A stretch of 20,000 nt of DNA from an uncultured virus (IMG/VR IMGVR_UViG_3300024255_001771). Lineage: Duplodnaviria > Heunggongvirae > Uroviricota > Caudoviricetes. The DNA is taken from IMG/VR virus record IMGVR_UViG_3300024255_001771, positions 58,932 to 78,931 of that record. One strand, written 5' to 3'. A model generated the notes under the pieces. That model was not told the DNA's origin, made no database searches, and was given only the letters and a program-made list of their open reading frames with translations. Positions 1-9,209 of this stretch are shown here, in pieces. A program made the position numbers and the translations under genes. Position 1 is the first letter of the stretch. Every line of letters begins with the position of its first letter.

Positions 1-1
1 C

Positions 2-733
2 TATAGATTTGTGTCTCAGCGCAAAGAACATGCAACAGTAGCAAGTTATCCTAAAGTTAAAGATTATGATATTGTGTTTATAAGTTATAATGAACCTAAT
101 GCTGATGAAAACTGGGAAAACTTGAAAGAACGTTTTCCAAGAGCGCAACGTATACACGGAGTCAAAGGCATACATCAAGCACACATTGAAGCAGCTAAAT
201 TGTGTACTACTGACTTATTTTTTGTTGTAGATGGCGATGCTACGATAGTAGATAGTTTTGATTTCCGTTATAAAGGACAAGAAGGCTTTGTACATGTATG
301 GCGTAGTATAAATCCTATAAACGATCTAGTATACGGATACGGCGGCGTAAAGCTATTGCCAAGAGAGCTTACGCTTAACATGGATACTAGCAAGCCTGAT
401 ATGACAACTAGTATATCAGAAAAGTTTAAAGCAATGCCAGATATTAGTTGTATAACTAATTTTAATACAGATCCGTTTAGCACTTGGAAAGGTGCATTTA
501 GAGAATGTTGTAAACTTTCTAGTAAAGTAATTGATAGGCAAAAGAATGAAGAAACAGATGACCGTTTACTTACCTGGACGACAGTAGGGAAAGAGCGCCC
601 TTACGGCGAATGGGCTATCAAAGGTGCTAGACAAGGATCTGCTTACGGAACAGCAAGCCAAGGCGATAGTGAAGCACTTAAAAAAATAAATGACTTTGAT
701 TGGCTTCAGGAGAAGTTTAATGAAAACACATGA
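2..733 (+). CDS. GT-A fold glycosyltransferase-like protein (5' truncated by the window edge)
   Basis: The frame is open from position 2 (YRFVSQRK...), so the true start is probably upstream. N-terminal 'YDIVFISYNE' beta-strand and 'FFVVDGDA' DxD motif after a hydrophobic strand, as in GT2/GT-A enzymes. Confidence 0.6.
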   Translation, partial: YRFVSQRKEHATVASYPKVKDYDIVFISYNEPNADENWENLKERFPRAQRIHGVKGIHQAHIEAAKLCTTDLFFVVDGDATIVDSFDFRYKGQEGFVHVWRSINPINDLVYGYGGVKLLPRELTLNMDTSKPDMTTSISEKFKAMPDISCITNFNTDPFSTWKGAFRECCKLSSKVIDRQKNEETDDRLLTWTTVGKERPYGEWAIKGARQGSAYGTASQGDSEALKKINDFDWLQEKFNENT

Positions 734-1634
734 GTTATTAGATAGGTTTGAACTACTGTATCCTACTAACAGCAAATTAGCAGATCTACGTAGAGCATAT
801 ATTGACCAAGACATTAGCAGTATATTTAGACTAATGCCTAATCATGTATCTGGAGACATTGAAGAACTTCGTAAAGCAGTGCTAGAACAAAATTTGCATA
901 GTATCTTTAGATTGTGTAACAACGATGATTTAAGGAAACTTGTACTAGAAGACAATACATGGAAACTTTGGCCCATACTAGATTGTTACGCTGACACTCA
1001 ATTTATAGCAGCATTCAAAAGTTTTTTTGTTAATGAAACAAATATTTGGGACGATTGTTTTTCTAGAGGACAACTAGAAAGTAAATTATGGTTAGTAAAA
1101 GAACTTAGAAAACTTAAGGTTGACTTAGGCACAGTATTCTTGTGTGCAGGTTGGTACGCTACACTAGCTACAATGTTATTTGAGAGTAACATTAAAGTAG
1201 ATAAAGTTAGATCTTTCGACATTGATCCTAGCTGTGTAGATATTGCTGAAGTATTTAACAAGCCTTGGTTTGTAGATCAATGGCGATTTAAAAGTATTAC
1301 ACAAGATATAATGGATATTGATTATAATGAGCATACATGGCAGTATTGGAGTAACGCAAACAATAGAATGAGCTATCCAATTACAGATAGTCCTAATACT
1401 ATTATAAACACAAGTTGCGAACACATAGAAAACTTTTCAGAATGGTATGATCTAATACCAAACGATAAATTAGTAGTTCTACAAAGTAATAATTATTATG
1501 AAGTAGAAGAACATGTTAATTGTGTTAAAGACATCAAAGAGTTTGGCAACATGGCACGTATGACAGGTCCGTTATATGCAGGTGAACTAGAACTGCCCAA
1601 GTACAAGAGGTTTATGTTAATTGGATATAAATGA
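720..1634 (+). CDS. Class I SAM-dependent methyltransferase-like protein with N-terminal helical repeats
   Basis: ATG at 720 overlaps the previous stop. Motif I-like 'VFLCAGWYATLA', acidic motif II 'RSFDIDP' and 'IINTSCEHI'. Three imperfect repeats of D/E-LR-K/R-xx-L/I-E/D-x-N/D in the N-terminus. Confidence 0.65.
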   Translation: MKTHELLDRFELLYPTNSKLADLRRAYIDQDISSIFRLMPNHVSGDIEELRKAVLEQNLHSIFRLCNNDDLRKLVLEDNTWKLWPILDCYADTQFIAAFKSFFVNETNIWDDCFSRGQLESKLWLVKELRKLKVDLGTVFLCAGWYATLATMLFESNIKVDKVRSFDIDPSCVDIAEVFNKPWFVDQWRFKSITQDIMDIDYNEHTWQYWSNANNRMSYPITDSPNTIINTSCEHIENFSEWYDLIPNDKLVVLQSNNYYEVEEHVNCVKDIKEFGNMARMTGPLYAGELELPKYKRFMLIGYK

Positions 1635-1845
1635 ACTAAGTGTAAGAGAACTGCAAACAGAGAGTGCTAGGGCATTGAGTACAATGCAAGCAACCAATAA
1701 TAATATTTGGCAGTTCAATAAAGTAGCACATCATAACAGTCAAAACTGGTACAAGGCTGTAATCGAATGGTATGTTGAACAGTACGGCAACCTGCCTAGT
1801 AAAGTTGGTCCTGGTAAAGATGTAAAGTTGATAATGGATGTATAG
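1621..1845 (+). CDS. Small hypothetical protein (74 aa, TTG start, Trp/Tyr/Asn-rich)
   Basis: Fills the gap between two genes and overlaps both (14 and 8 nt). An in-frame TAA at 1618-1620 makes TTG 1621 the earliest possible start. Confidence 0.7.
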   Translation: MDINELSVRELQTESARALSTMQATNNNIWQFNKVAHHNSQNWYKAVIEWYVEQYGNLPSKVGPGKDVKLIMDV

Positions 1846-2905
1846 ATACGAAGATATAAAAACAATACACCTTGAGGTTACACAAAACTGCCAAGCCAAT
1901 TGTCCAATGTGTGACCGTAATATGAACGGCGAAGGATTAAATCCGCACATTAATTTAGATGAACTATCATTAGACGATTGCAAAAATATTTTTACAAAAG
2001 AATTTATTGCACAATTAGATACAATGTATATGTGTGGCAACTTGGGAGATCCTATCGTTGCTAAAGACACATTAGAAATATTTCAATATTTTAGATTACA
2101 CAATCCTAATATGTGGCTAAGTATGAATACAAACGCAGGGGCAAAAAATGAAAAGTGGTGGAGACAGCTGGCTGAAGTTTTTGGAAGGATGGGCTCCGTC
2201 ATATTTAGTGTGGACGGTTTGCGTGACACTAATCATTTATATCGCCAAGGAGTTGTATGGGATAACGTAGAACGCAACATGCGAGCATTTATTGACGCAG
2301 GCGGCAGGGCACGTTGGGACTTTCTAATTTTTGAACACAATCAGCATCAAGTAGATGAAGCGGAAGCACTTGCTAACGAATGGGGCTGCGAAAAGTTTAT
2401 GAAGAAAAAGACTGGACGCTTTATTACACAAGATTCAAAAAAGAAAGAATCTCATCAAGCAGTTGATAAAAAAGGTAATAAAACTTCTAAACTTAAAAAA
2501 CCAGATGCAAAATATCAAAACAAAGCAATTAGCAAGCAAGAAGTAATTATTAACAAGTACGGCACTATGGACGCTTACTATGATGCAGCCCCTATCATTT
2601 GTAAAGTAAAGAAAGATAATAGCTTATTCATAACAGCAGAGGGCCTAGCGTTACCTTGTTGTTGGACTGCTGGCCGAATGTATAAATGGTGGCACAAAGA
2701 TCCTAAAGTAGAACAAATATGGGACTTTATACCTGATATAAGCGCCTTACAAGCACGGAACGGTTTAGAAGCAGTGTTTGCTACGGGAATATTTGAACGC
2801 ATACAAGACAGCTGGACAAAGTCTAGTTGCGGTGACGGCAAGTTAAAAGTGTGTGCAATGAAATGCGGCGCAGAGTTTGATCCGTTTGCAGAACAATTTA
2901 AATAA
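1838..2905 (+). CDS. Radical SAM protein with C-terminal SPASM/twitch-like Cys domain (family A, copy 1)
   Basis: CxxxCxxC 'CQANCPMC'; 'CGNLGDP'; 'FSVDG..DTNHLYR'; C-terminal 'C...GLALPCC...CAMKC'. Confidence 0.9.
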   Translation: MYRYEDIKTIHLEVTQNCQANCPMCDRNMNGEGLNPHINLDELSLDDCKNIFTKEFIAQLDTMYMCGNLGDPIVAKDTLEIFQYFRLHNPNMWLSMNTNAGAKNEKWWRQLAEVFGRMGSVIFSVDGLRDTNHLYRQGVVWDNVERNMRAFIDAGGRARWDFLIFEHNQHQVDEAEALANEWGCEKFMKKKTGRFITQDSKKKESHQAVDKKGNKTSKLKKPDAKYQNKAISKQEVIINKYGTMDAYYDAAPIICKVKKDNSLFITAEGLALPCCWTAGRMYKWWHKDPKVEQIWDFIPDISALQARNGLEAVFATGIFERIQDSWTKSSCGDGKLKVCAMKCGAEFDPFAEQFK

Positions 2906-3506
2906 TAATTTTAGTCTGAGGTTTCTTTTTAAATTGACCATGGTCAAACTTGTTATTGTCTATATTACTAAGTAATCCTTCAACAGGATATCCTACACCT
3001 AATGCTAATCCTATATCTTTGCCTTTGATTTTGTAATTCCTTAATGCTCTTGCTACCTTATTTTTCTTATCTTTTCCACTTTCTAACGGATAAAAACATT
3101 TACAAAATCCGGTTCGTAGACCAATATTATTTGCAGCCAATGCCATAGCACCAGCAGCCAAACCAATTTCTGTCATAGTTGTGTTATTGCCTTGACGCTT
3201 TTCTTGACTACGTTTTTTTTCGTCTCTGTCTTGTTTTTCAAAAAATGTAAATACCACCGGAGCTAACATTTGTGGATTCTTCACTTGTCTACCGTGCCAT
3301 CCTTTATTAACAGCACTTGCTGTAAGATATTCAATCATTGTCCTATCAGTAAACGCTACTATTTGAAAGGATGATAAGTTTTGTTTAGTAGGCATTGTAT
3401 AACCTACATCAAATAGCCAATCAATTATTTCTTGATCTACAGATTTATCAAGATCCCAATTTCTTTGGCAATGTTGTGTTTGTTCTATTAAGTCTAACCA
3501 ATTCAT
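2898..3506 (-). CDS. Nitroreductase-family (FMN-binding) protein
   Basis: Likely start MNWLDLIEQ at 3506. 'QHCQRNWD' corresponds to the RxSxRxF motif and 'PTKQN' to PSxxN. Also 'IGLAAGAMALAANNIGLRTGF' and 'LGVGYP', the standard nitroreductase signatures. Confidence 0.8.
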   Translation of the reverse strand: MNWLDLIEQTQHCQRNWDLDKSVDQEIIDWLFDVGYTMPTKQNLSSFQIVAFTDRTMIEYLTASAVNKGWHGRQVKNPQMLAPVVFTFFEKQDRDEKKRSQEKRQGNNTTMTEIGLAAGAMALAANNIGLRTGFCKCFYPLESGKDKKNKVARALRNYKIKGKDIGLALGVGYPVEGLLSNIDNNKFDHGQFKKKPQTKIII

Positions 3507-3511
3507 ACAAA

Positions 3512-3518
3512 TATTTAT
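3512..3518 (-). promoter_or_regulatory. T4-late-like promoter box ATAAATA for the nitroreductase gene
   Basis: TATTTAT on + reads ATAAATA on -, 5 nt upstream of the ATG at 3506. Similar to the T4 late consensus TATAAATA. Confidence 0.55.
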
Positions 3519-3528
3519 CTTAGAACAA

Positions 3529-3535
3529 ATAAGTA
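3529..3535 (+). promoter_or_regulatory. T4-late-like promoter box variant ATAAGTA for the radical SAM run starting at 3541
   Basis: One mismatch to ATAAATA, 5 nt upstream of the ATG at 3541, mirroring the box on the opposite strand. Confidence 0.45.
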
Positions 3536-3540
3536 CAGTT

Positions 3541-4590
3541 ATGCTTACAATTAATGATGTTAAAAAAATTGAACTAGAAATTACCAGCGATTGCAATGCA
3601 GCCTGTCCAGGCTGTGCTAGAACAATTCATAATGATTTGCTGAGAATAAACAGTTTTTCACTGCAAGATCTGCAGAGAATATTTCCTACTACTAATCATA
3701 TAGCAGATAAAGAATTTAAATTTTGTGGTGTATTAGGCGATCCAGCAATACATCCTCAGCTTGCTGATATGTTAGAATACGTATTACAACATGGCGGGAA
3801 AGCAAACATTAGTACAAACGGTGCTGTAGGTACAGCAGACATGTGGCGTAGAATAGGCAAACTAGCAAACCAGTATCATCAAAAGTTTTTCATGCAATGG
3901 TGTATTGATGGTCATAAAGAAACAAATCATATTTATAGAGTAAACACTAAATGGAGTGTTCTTGAAAGAAATATAAATGCATTTTGTGAAACAGTTGGAG
4001 AATATACTCACAAAGCACAATGGGTCTTTATTGTTTTTGATCATAACGAATACGAACTTGATATAGCAAAACAACATGCTAAACGTTTAGGATTTAAATT
4101 TGCTACTCGCACAGGAATGCGTAACAGTTATCATCAATGGATATCTCATATTGGTAAGAAAAACAATAAAGAAACAAAAGTAATTACTACTACAGGCAAG
4201 AACGAACATAAACGTAAAGATGAAGTTTACAAGTTAGATAAACTAATTGCTAATAACGAAGTTGACAATAGTATCATTAATACAATTTCATGTAAGTATG
4301 TACACGAAGGTGAAATGTTTATTAATGCACAACAACAAATGTGGCCGTGTTGTTTTTTATGGGATAGCGCATTTAAAGATATAGACAATATGTCAGAAAA
4401 ACTTAGTGATTATCCTGACAGCTGGAATAGTTTAAAAACACAATCTATAGAAGAAGTTATGCAACAACCTTACTATATGAATGTACTTGAGGAAAGCTGG
4501 AACCCTAAACACAATAAACATATAGAGCGTTGTATAAGAACATGCGCATACAATAAAGCATATCAAAACGAAATAGTAGAACAAAAATGA
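3541..4590 (+). CDS. Radical SAM protein with C-terminal Cys domain (family A, copy 2)
   Basis: 'CNAACPGC', 'CGVLGDP', 'STNG', 'IDG..ETNHIYR', 'WPCC...CIRTC'. Confidence 0.9.
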   Translation: MLTINDVKKIELEITSDCNAACPGCARTIHNDLLRINSFSLQDLQRIFPTTNHIADKEFKFCGVLGDPAIHPQLADMLEYVLQHGGKANISTNGAVGTADMWRRIGKLANQYHQKFFMQWCIDGHKETNHIYRVNTKWSVLERNINAFCETVGEYTHKAQWVFIVFDHNEYELDIAKQHAKRLGFKFATRTGMRNSYHQWISHIGKKNNKETKVITTTGKNEHKRKDEVYKLDKLIANNEVDNSIINTISCKYVHEGEMFINAQQQMWPCCFLWDSAFKDIDNMSEKLSDYPDSWNSLKTQSIEEVMQQPYYMNVLEESWNPKHNKHIERCIRTCAYNKAYQNEIVEQK

Positions 4591-5588
4591 GTTGGAAAAT
4601 TTTAGTTAAAGATCAAGTTAAGGTTCAAATTGAAATGTCTAACTATTGTAATGCTGCTTGTCCGGCTTGTGCAAGGTCAAAGGTTCGTAAGAATATCAAA
4701 GATGAGATGTATCCTATTACATTAAATGATACGTACATAAGTTTAGAACAATTTAAAAGTTGGTTTGATAAAGATACTTGGTCAAGTTTAACACATATAC
4801 ATATGTGCGGTAACTACGACGAGGCAACAACTAATCCTGATCTAATTGAAATTGTAAAGTGGATTCTATCTAGTGATGATCTATTTCCTATGAAACCTAA
4901 GATTTCTATTGCTACTAACGGCGGTACACGCACTAAAGAATTTTGGAAAGAGCTAGGACAAATGTCTGCCGAATCCGGCAATCGCCTTAATGTAACATGG
5001 GGCCTTGATGGGTTTGAAGACACTAATCATCTTTATAGGATAAATGTTGTTTGGAATAGAGTACAAGAAAATTATAGAACATACATAGCAAACGGCGGAA
5101 ACGCAGTTTGGCAATTTATATATTTTGCACACAATGAACATCAAGCACATCTAGTTGAAGATTATGCAACTAGTGAAGGATTTTCTAAAGTAAAGTTTAT
5201 AGGAAGTGCTAGACCTAATATTGGCAAAACAGAACACAACATTGATAAGAAAGCAACACCAAAGATAATTTCATCAATAATAGCACCAAAATGTCTTACT
5301 GGAAGTATAGACGATCATGGTGTATATATTACACACCACGGTTATGTTCTTCCTTGCTGCTGGTGGGGAACTAGGTGGGGATTTGAAAATCTAAAAGATT
5401 ATAGTAAACTTTATAGTCCTGACCAACACAGGTTAAACGGATCAAATAGTATACAAGATATCTACGACAGTGACTGGTATAGTAACTTATATACTGCTAT
5501 CATGAACGAAAAGTTTTCGAAATGCACAGAAAATTGTAAACAAAATAAAGTTGCAACACAACGATTTGAGAAATTAAATGACAAATAA
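4587..5588 (+). CDS. Radical SAM protein with C-terminal Cys domain (family A, copy 3)
   Basis: 'CNAACPAC', 'CGNYDEA', 'ATNGG', 'LDG..DTNHLYR', 'LPCC...CTENC'. ATGA overlap with the previous gene. Confidence 0.9.
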   Translation: MSWKILVKDQVKVQIEMSNYCNAACPACARSKVRKNIKDEMYPITLNDTYISLEQFKSWFDKDTWSSLTHIHMCGNYDEATTNPDLIEIVKWILSSDDLFPMKPKISIATNGGTRTKEFWKELGQMSAESGNRLNVTWGLDGFEDTNHLYRINVVWNRVQENYRTYIANGGNAVWQFIYFAHNEHQAHLVEDYATSEGFSKVKFIGSARPNIGKTEHNIDKKATPKIISSIIAPKCLTGSIDDHGVYITHHGYVLPCCWWGTRWGFENLKDYSKLYSPDQHRLNGSNSIQDIYDSDWYSNLYTAIMNEKFSKCTENCKQNKVATQRFEKLNDK

Positions 5589-6984
5589 ATTACCATCAGA
5601 AACATTTTGCCTACTACCGTGGGTACATCTAAGCACAAGACCAGACGGCAGTATGCGAGTATGCTGTACAGCAAACGCTAGTTCAGTTGGCCCAACTAAT
5701 GATAAAGAGCATGGCGGCCAAGTAGGCATACTAAAAGATGACGAAGGACGTCCTAACAATTTAAATGTTAGTGATTTTCAAAGTGCATGGAATAGCGACT
5801 ACATGAAGAATGTACGCAAACAAATGCTTGCAGGAGAGAAACCTCCCAGTTGTTTAAAGTGTTATAAAGAAGAAGCAGCTGGACATCGTAGTAAGCGTAT
5901 GTGGGAAACACACTACTGGAGTCAGCGTGTTGATGTTGATAAGGTATTACAAGAAACAAACGAAGACGGTAGTGTTCCTCCTAACTTGGCATACATTGAT
6001 TTACGCTTTGGTACTAAGTGTCAGTTAGCATGTGTTATGTGCAGTCCTCATGATTCATCAGGTTGGATCAAAGACTGGAAAGCAATCTTTCCTGCTGTTG
6101 AAAACAAAAGTCTCAAAGAAATTATGCAGTGGGATAACAAAGGCAGCACTAACGGTAGTAGTTATAATTGGCATAAACAGAATCCTACATTTTGGAAACA
6201 GTTCTATGAACAAATGCCTAGTATGCAGCAAATTTATTTTGCAGGCGGCGAAAGTCTTATTATTGAAGAACACTATGAAATACTTGAACACGCAATCAAA
6301 ATGGGCTACGCTAAAGACTTAGAACTACGTTATAATTCAAACGGAGTTGAATGGCGCGATGATTTATTTGACCTATGGAAAGAATTTAAATTAGTACGTT
6401 TCCATTATAGTATAGACAGCATTAAAGAAATGAATGACTACATTCGTTATCCTAGCAATTGGGAAAACCAAGTAAACACGTTTCATAGATTAGATAATGA
6501 AACAAGTGATAATGTTGAAGTAACTATTGCGTGTGCAGTGCAAGCACTAAACGTATACTACTTGCCAGACTTTATACAATGGAAGTTGGAGCAGAAGTTT
6601 AAGAAAATTAACATGTGGCCATTTGGTGCAGGCGGTATTAGTCAGCACTTTGTATACTGGCCAGCACATTTAAATGTAAAGAGCTTGCCTGCAGACTTTA
6701 AAGAAAAATGTAGAGCAAAATACGAAGCATGGTATCCATGGTGGGAAGAAAACTGGGAACTTGGAGTTCCAAGTTGGCATAAAGGTAAGATTACTAAAGA
6801 AGACTTTATGCAAGCTGAATATGGTATCAAAAGATTAAATGGCATCCTTAACTTTATGGAAAGTGAAGATTGGAGCCAACGACTTCCAGAGATGAAAGAA
6901 TTCCTTAGTAGATGTGACACACAGCGTGGTATAACATTTGAAGAAACATTTCCTGAGATGAAAGATATATTTGATGGACTTTGA
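5578..6984 (+). CDS. Radical SAM protein with N-terminal twitch/SPASM-like domain (family B, copy 1)
   Basis: N-terminal 'CLLPWVHL..RPDGSMRVCC...CLKC', then 'CQLACVMC', 'FAGGES', 'YNSNG', 'SIDS...NDYIRYP'. Confidence 0.9.
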   Translation: MTNKLPSETFCLLPWVHLSTRPDGSMRVCCTANASSVGPTNDKEHGGQVGILKDDEGRPNNLNVSDFQSAWNSDYMKNVRKQMLAGEKPPSCLKCYKEEAAGHRSKRMWETHYWSQRVDVDKVLQETNEDGSVPPNLAYIDLRFGTKCQLACVMCSPHDSSGWIKDWKAIFPAVENKSLKEIMQWDNKGSTNGSSYNWHKQNPTFWKQFYEQMPSMQQIYFAGGESLIIEEHYEILEHAIKMGYAKDLELRYNSNGVEWRDDLFDLWKEFKLVRFHYSIDSIKEMNDYIRYPSNWENQVNTFHRLDNETSDNVEVTIACAVQALNVYYLPDFIQWKLEQKFKKINMWPFGAGGISQHFVYWPAHLNVKSLPADFKEKCRAKYEAWYPWWEENWELGVPSWHKGKITKEDFMQAEYGIKRLNGILNFMESEDWSQRLPEMKEFLSRCDTQRGITFEETFPEMKDIFDGL

Positions 6985-8143
6985 TACAATAAATTTACTA
7001 TCGGGTAAAGTATTTCAAATTACTTGGGATTTAGGTAGGCGGTGTAATTACGACTGTACATACTGTCCTGTAACTAGGCATGATAACTTTAGTCCCCATG
7101 CTAGTCTCGATGAACTAAAAAGTAGTGTAAATTTTGTTTACAGTTACATTGACTTGTATATGCAATATAGAAAAGAAGATCGTGCTAGTATTAGTTTCAC
7201 AGGCGGCGAGCCTACTGTAAATCCTAACTTTATTCCTTTTGTAAAATATTTAAAAGAAGCATACGAAGAAAAGTATAAAGGCAGATGGCAAAATGCACTA
7301 ACACTTACTACTAATGGTGCAATGAGTCAAAAAATGGCACAAGCTGTAATTGATAACCTATCACATGTTACAGTAAGTTATCATGCTGAAAGTAATCAAA
7401 AACTAAAAGATCAAGTTAGAGACAGAATACTACAGTTTAAAAAAGCTGAAGATAGTGGCAACTTTAGGATTAATGTTAATGTTATGTTCCATGCACAACA
7501 TTTTGATGAGTGTAAAGACTTATGCGAATTTCTAGAAGAACACGATGTAAAATATGTTCCTAGAGTTATCGGTGAAGAAGCAGACAGTAAGCCATCCTTT
7601 GCACATAAATATTCACTTGAACAATTAGACTACATGAAAAACTATTGGAACAATAATACTAAAAAGTTAAACAAAGAAAAAGAAGTATCAAAAGTATTAA
7701 GTGCAGCAGGCGAAAAGAAAAGCGAATCTGATAAATTAGGAATGACTATTGGACGTCCTTGTTGCGGTATGCGTAATATGTGTTTAAGCAATAAGACTGA
7801 ATCTATTACTAGTCAGTTTGTTAACAAAAGAGATTTCAAAGGATGGAGTTGTAGTGTAAACTGGTTCTTCTTACATATTGAACAACAAACTGATCAAGTA
7901 TTTCACCATCAAACATGCCAAGCAAAATTTGACGGTACAAGAGGTGCAATTGGCAAACTAAGCCAAGGTAATATTATACTTAAAGATTTAAGAAATAAAT
8001 TAGAAAATAAAAAAATGACTACTATAATATGTCCTAAACAAACATGCGGGTGTGGATTGTGCGCACCAAAAAGTATGTACAGTGAACGCTATAAAGAAGT
8101 AGTTACAGAACATATTGATGTAGGAGTTCTAAGTGACATATAA
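6974..8143 (+). CDS. Radical SAM protein with Cys-rich C-terminus (family C, copy 1)
   Basis: 'WDLGRRCNYDCTYC', 'FTGGEP', 'TTNG'. C-terminal 'CCG...C...CPKQTCGCGLC'. ATG at 6974 (TTG at 6971 is an alternative start). Confidence 0.9.
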   Translation: MDFDTINLLSGKVFQITWDLGRRCNYDCTYCPVTRHDNFSPHASLDELKSSVNFVYSYIDLYMQYRKEDRASISFTGGEPTVNPNFIPFVKYLKEAYEEKYKGRWQNALTLTTNGAMSQKMAQAVIDNLSHVTVSYHAESNQKLKDQVRDRILQFKKAEDSGNFRINVNVMFHAQHFDECKDLCEFLEEHDVKYVPRVIGEEADSKPSFAHKYSLEQLDYMKNYWNNNTKKLNKEKEVSKVLSAAGEKKSESDKLGMTIGRPCCGMRNMCLSNKTESITSQFVNKRDFKGWSCSVNWFFLHIEQQTDQVFHHQTCQAKFDGTRGAIGKLSQGNIILKDLRNKLENKKMTTIICPKQTCGCGLCAPKSMYSERYKEVVTEHIDVGVLSDI

Positions 8144-9209
8144 TTGTTTAGAAGGTACAACTAGTTTATACGTTGAAAGACATTCAAGTGGTTATGTAGT
8201 ATCTCCGTGTTGCTTGTATAAAGCCAAGCACAACAGCGGAACAGTTCCTAACATTGAAGATTTAATAGATAATCCAGCAATCAATAAAATTAAAGAAGGA
8301 TTTAAAGGAGACTGGAAACGTCCTGAGTGTATAGATTGCATTTTAAAAGAATCATCAGGAAAATCTAGCAAACGTATAGTTAGCCTTGAAAGAGGCAACA
8401 CAGGAATTACTCACTGGGACATACGACCCGGCAGTCTTTGCAATTTAAAGTGTGCAATGTGTACTCCTTGGAACAGTAGTAAATGGTATGAAGATATTGA
8501 CATCTTTAAAAAATACAATGGCGAAGTTTTAAATGAAGACAATCGAAAAGCAAGAGACGAAATTGATTGGGATTGGATATATGAAAATTGTATAGACAAA
8601 GCTATATCTATTTACATTGCTGGCGGCGAACCTTTTTATATGAAAGATGTACAGAAATTTATTAAGAATTTATCTAAGCATGAGTGGAATCGTAATAATA
8701 CTATTTTATGTATTCAAACTAACGGAGTAAGTAATACTCCAAAGTTTTTAGAAATATTATCTAAATTTAATCACCTAGAATTTAGTATTAGTTGCGATGG
8801 TTGGAGTGATGTTAACGATCTTATACGTTTTCCAACTAAACACGACGAATTCTTAAAAAATACGCAAGAACTTGTTGACTTAAATTGCGAGAAATTATTT
8901 TTTAATATTACTGTACAAGCAATGAACTTACCTAATATTGATACATTAGTTGACAATATTCAAAAAAAGTGGAACGGAAAATACGATATTCATAAATTAA
9001 CTAGGCCTAATCAATTACAAGTAAATGCACTAAAGCCGCATATAGTTGAACGTGTCCTAGAACAAACTAAAGTGCCTGAACTAAGAAAGTTTTATTCTGA
9101 TTATAAATTTAATGAACAACTAAATCTTAAGATGCAACAATATTTACTAGAGTTAGATAGTGCAAGAGGCACTGACAGCAAAAAAATTATACCGTGGTGT
9201 TTTGAATAA
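8133..9209 (+). CDS. Radical SAM protein with N-terminal twitch-like domain (family B, copy 2)
   Basis: GTG start. 'C...SPCC...CIDC', then 'CNLKCAMC', 'IAGGEP', 'QTNG', 'SCDG...NDLIRFP'. Confidence 0.88.
   Translation: MTYNCLEGTTSLYVERHSSGYVVSPCCLYKAKHNSGTVPNIEDLIDNPAINKIKEGFKGDWKRPECIDCILKESSGKSSKRIVSLERGNTGITHWDIRPGSLCNLKCAMCTPWNSSKWYEDIDIFKKYNGEVLNEDNRKARDEIDWDWIYENCIDKAISIYIAGGEPFYMKDVQKFIKNLSKHEWNRNNTILCIQTNGVSNTPKFLEILSKFNHLEFSISCDGWSDVNDLIRFPTKHDEFLKNTQELVDLNCEKLFFNITVQAMNLPNIDTLVDNIQKKWNGKYDIHKLTRPNQLQVNALKPHIVERVLEQTKVPELRKFYSDYKFNEQLNLKMQQYLLELDSARGTDSKKIIPWCFE

Noticed and set aside
3507..3596. N-terminal extension of the nitroreductase ORF to 3596, as in the ORF track
   Set aside because: It would overlap the rSAM at 3541 head-to-head. 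Homology starts at MNWLDLIEQ (3506), and a promoter-like box sits just upstream of that ATG.
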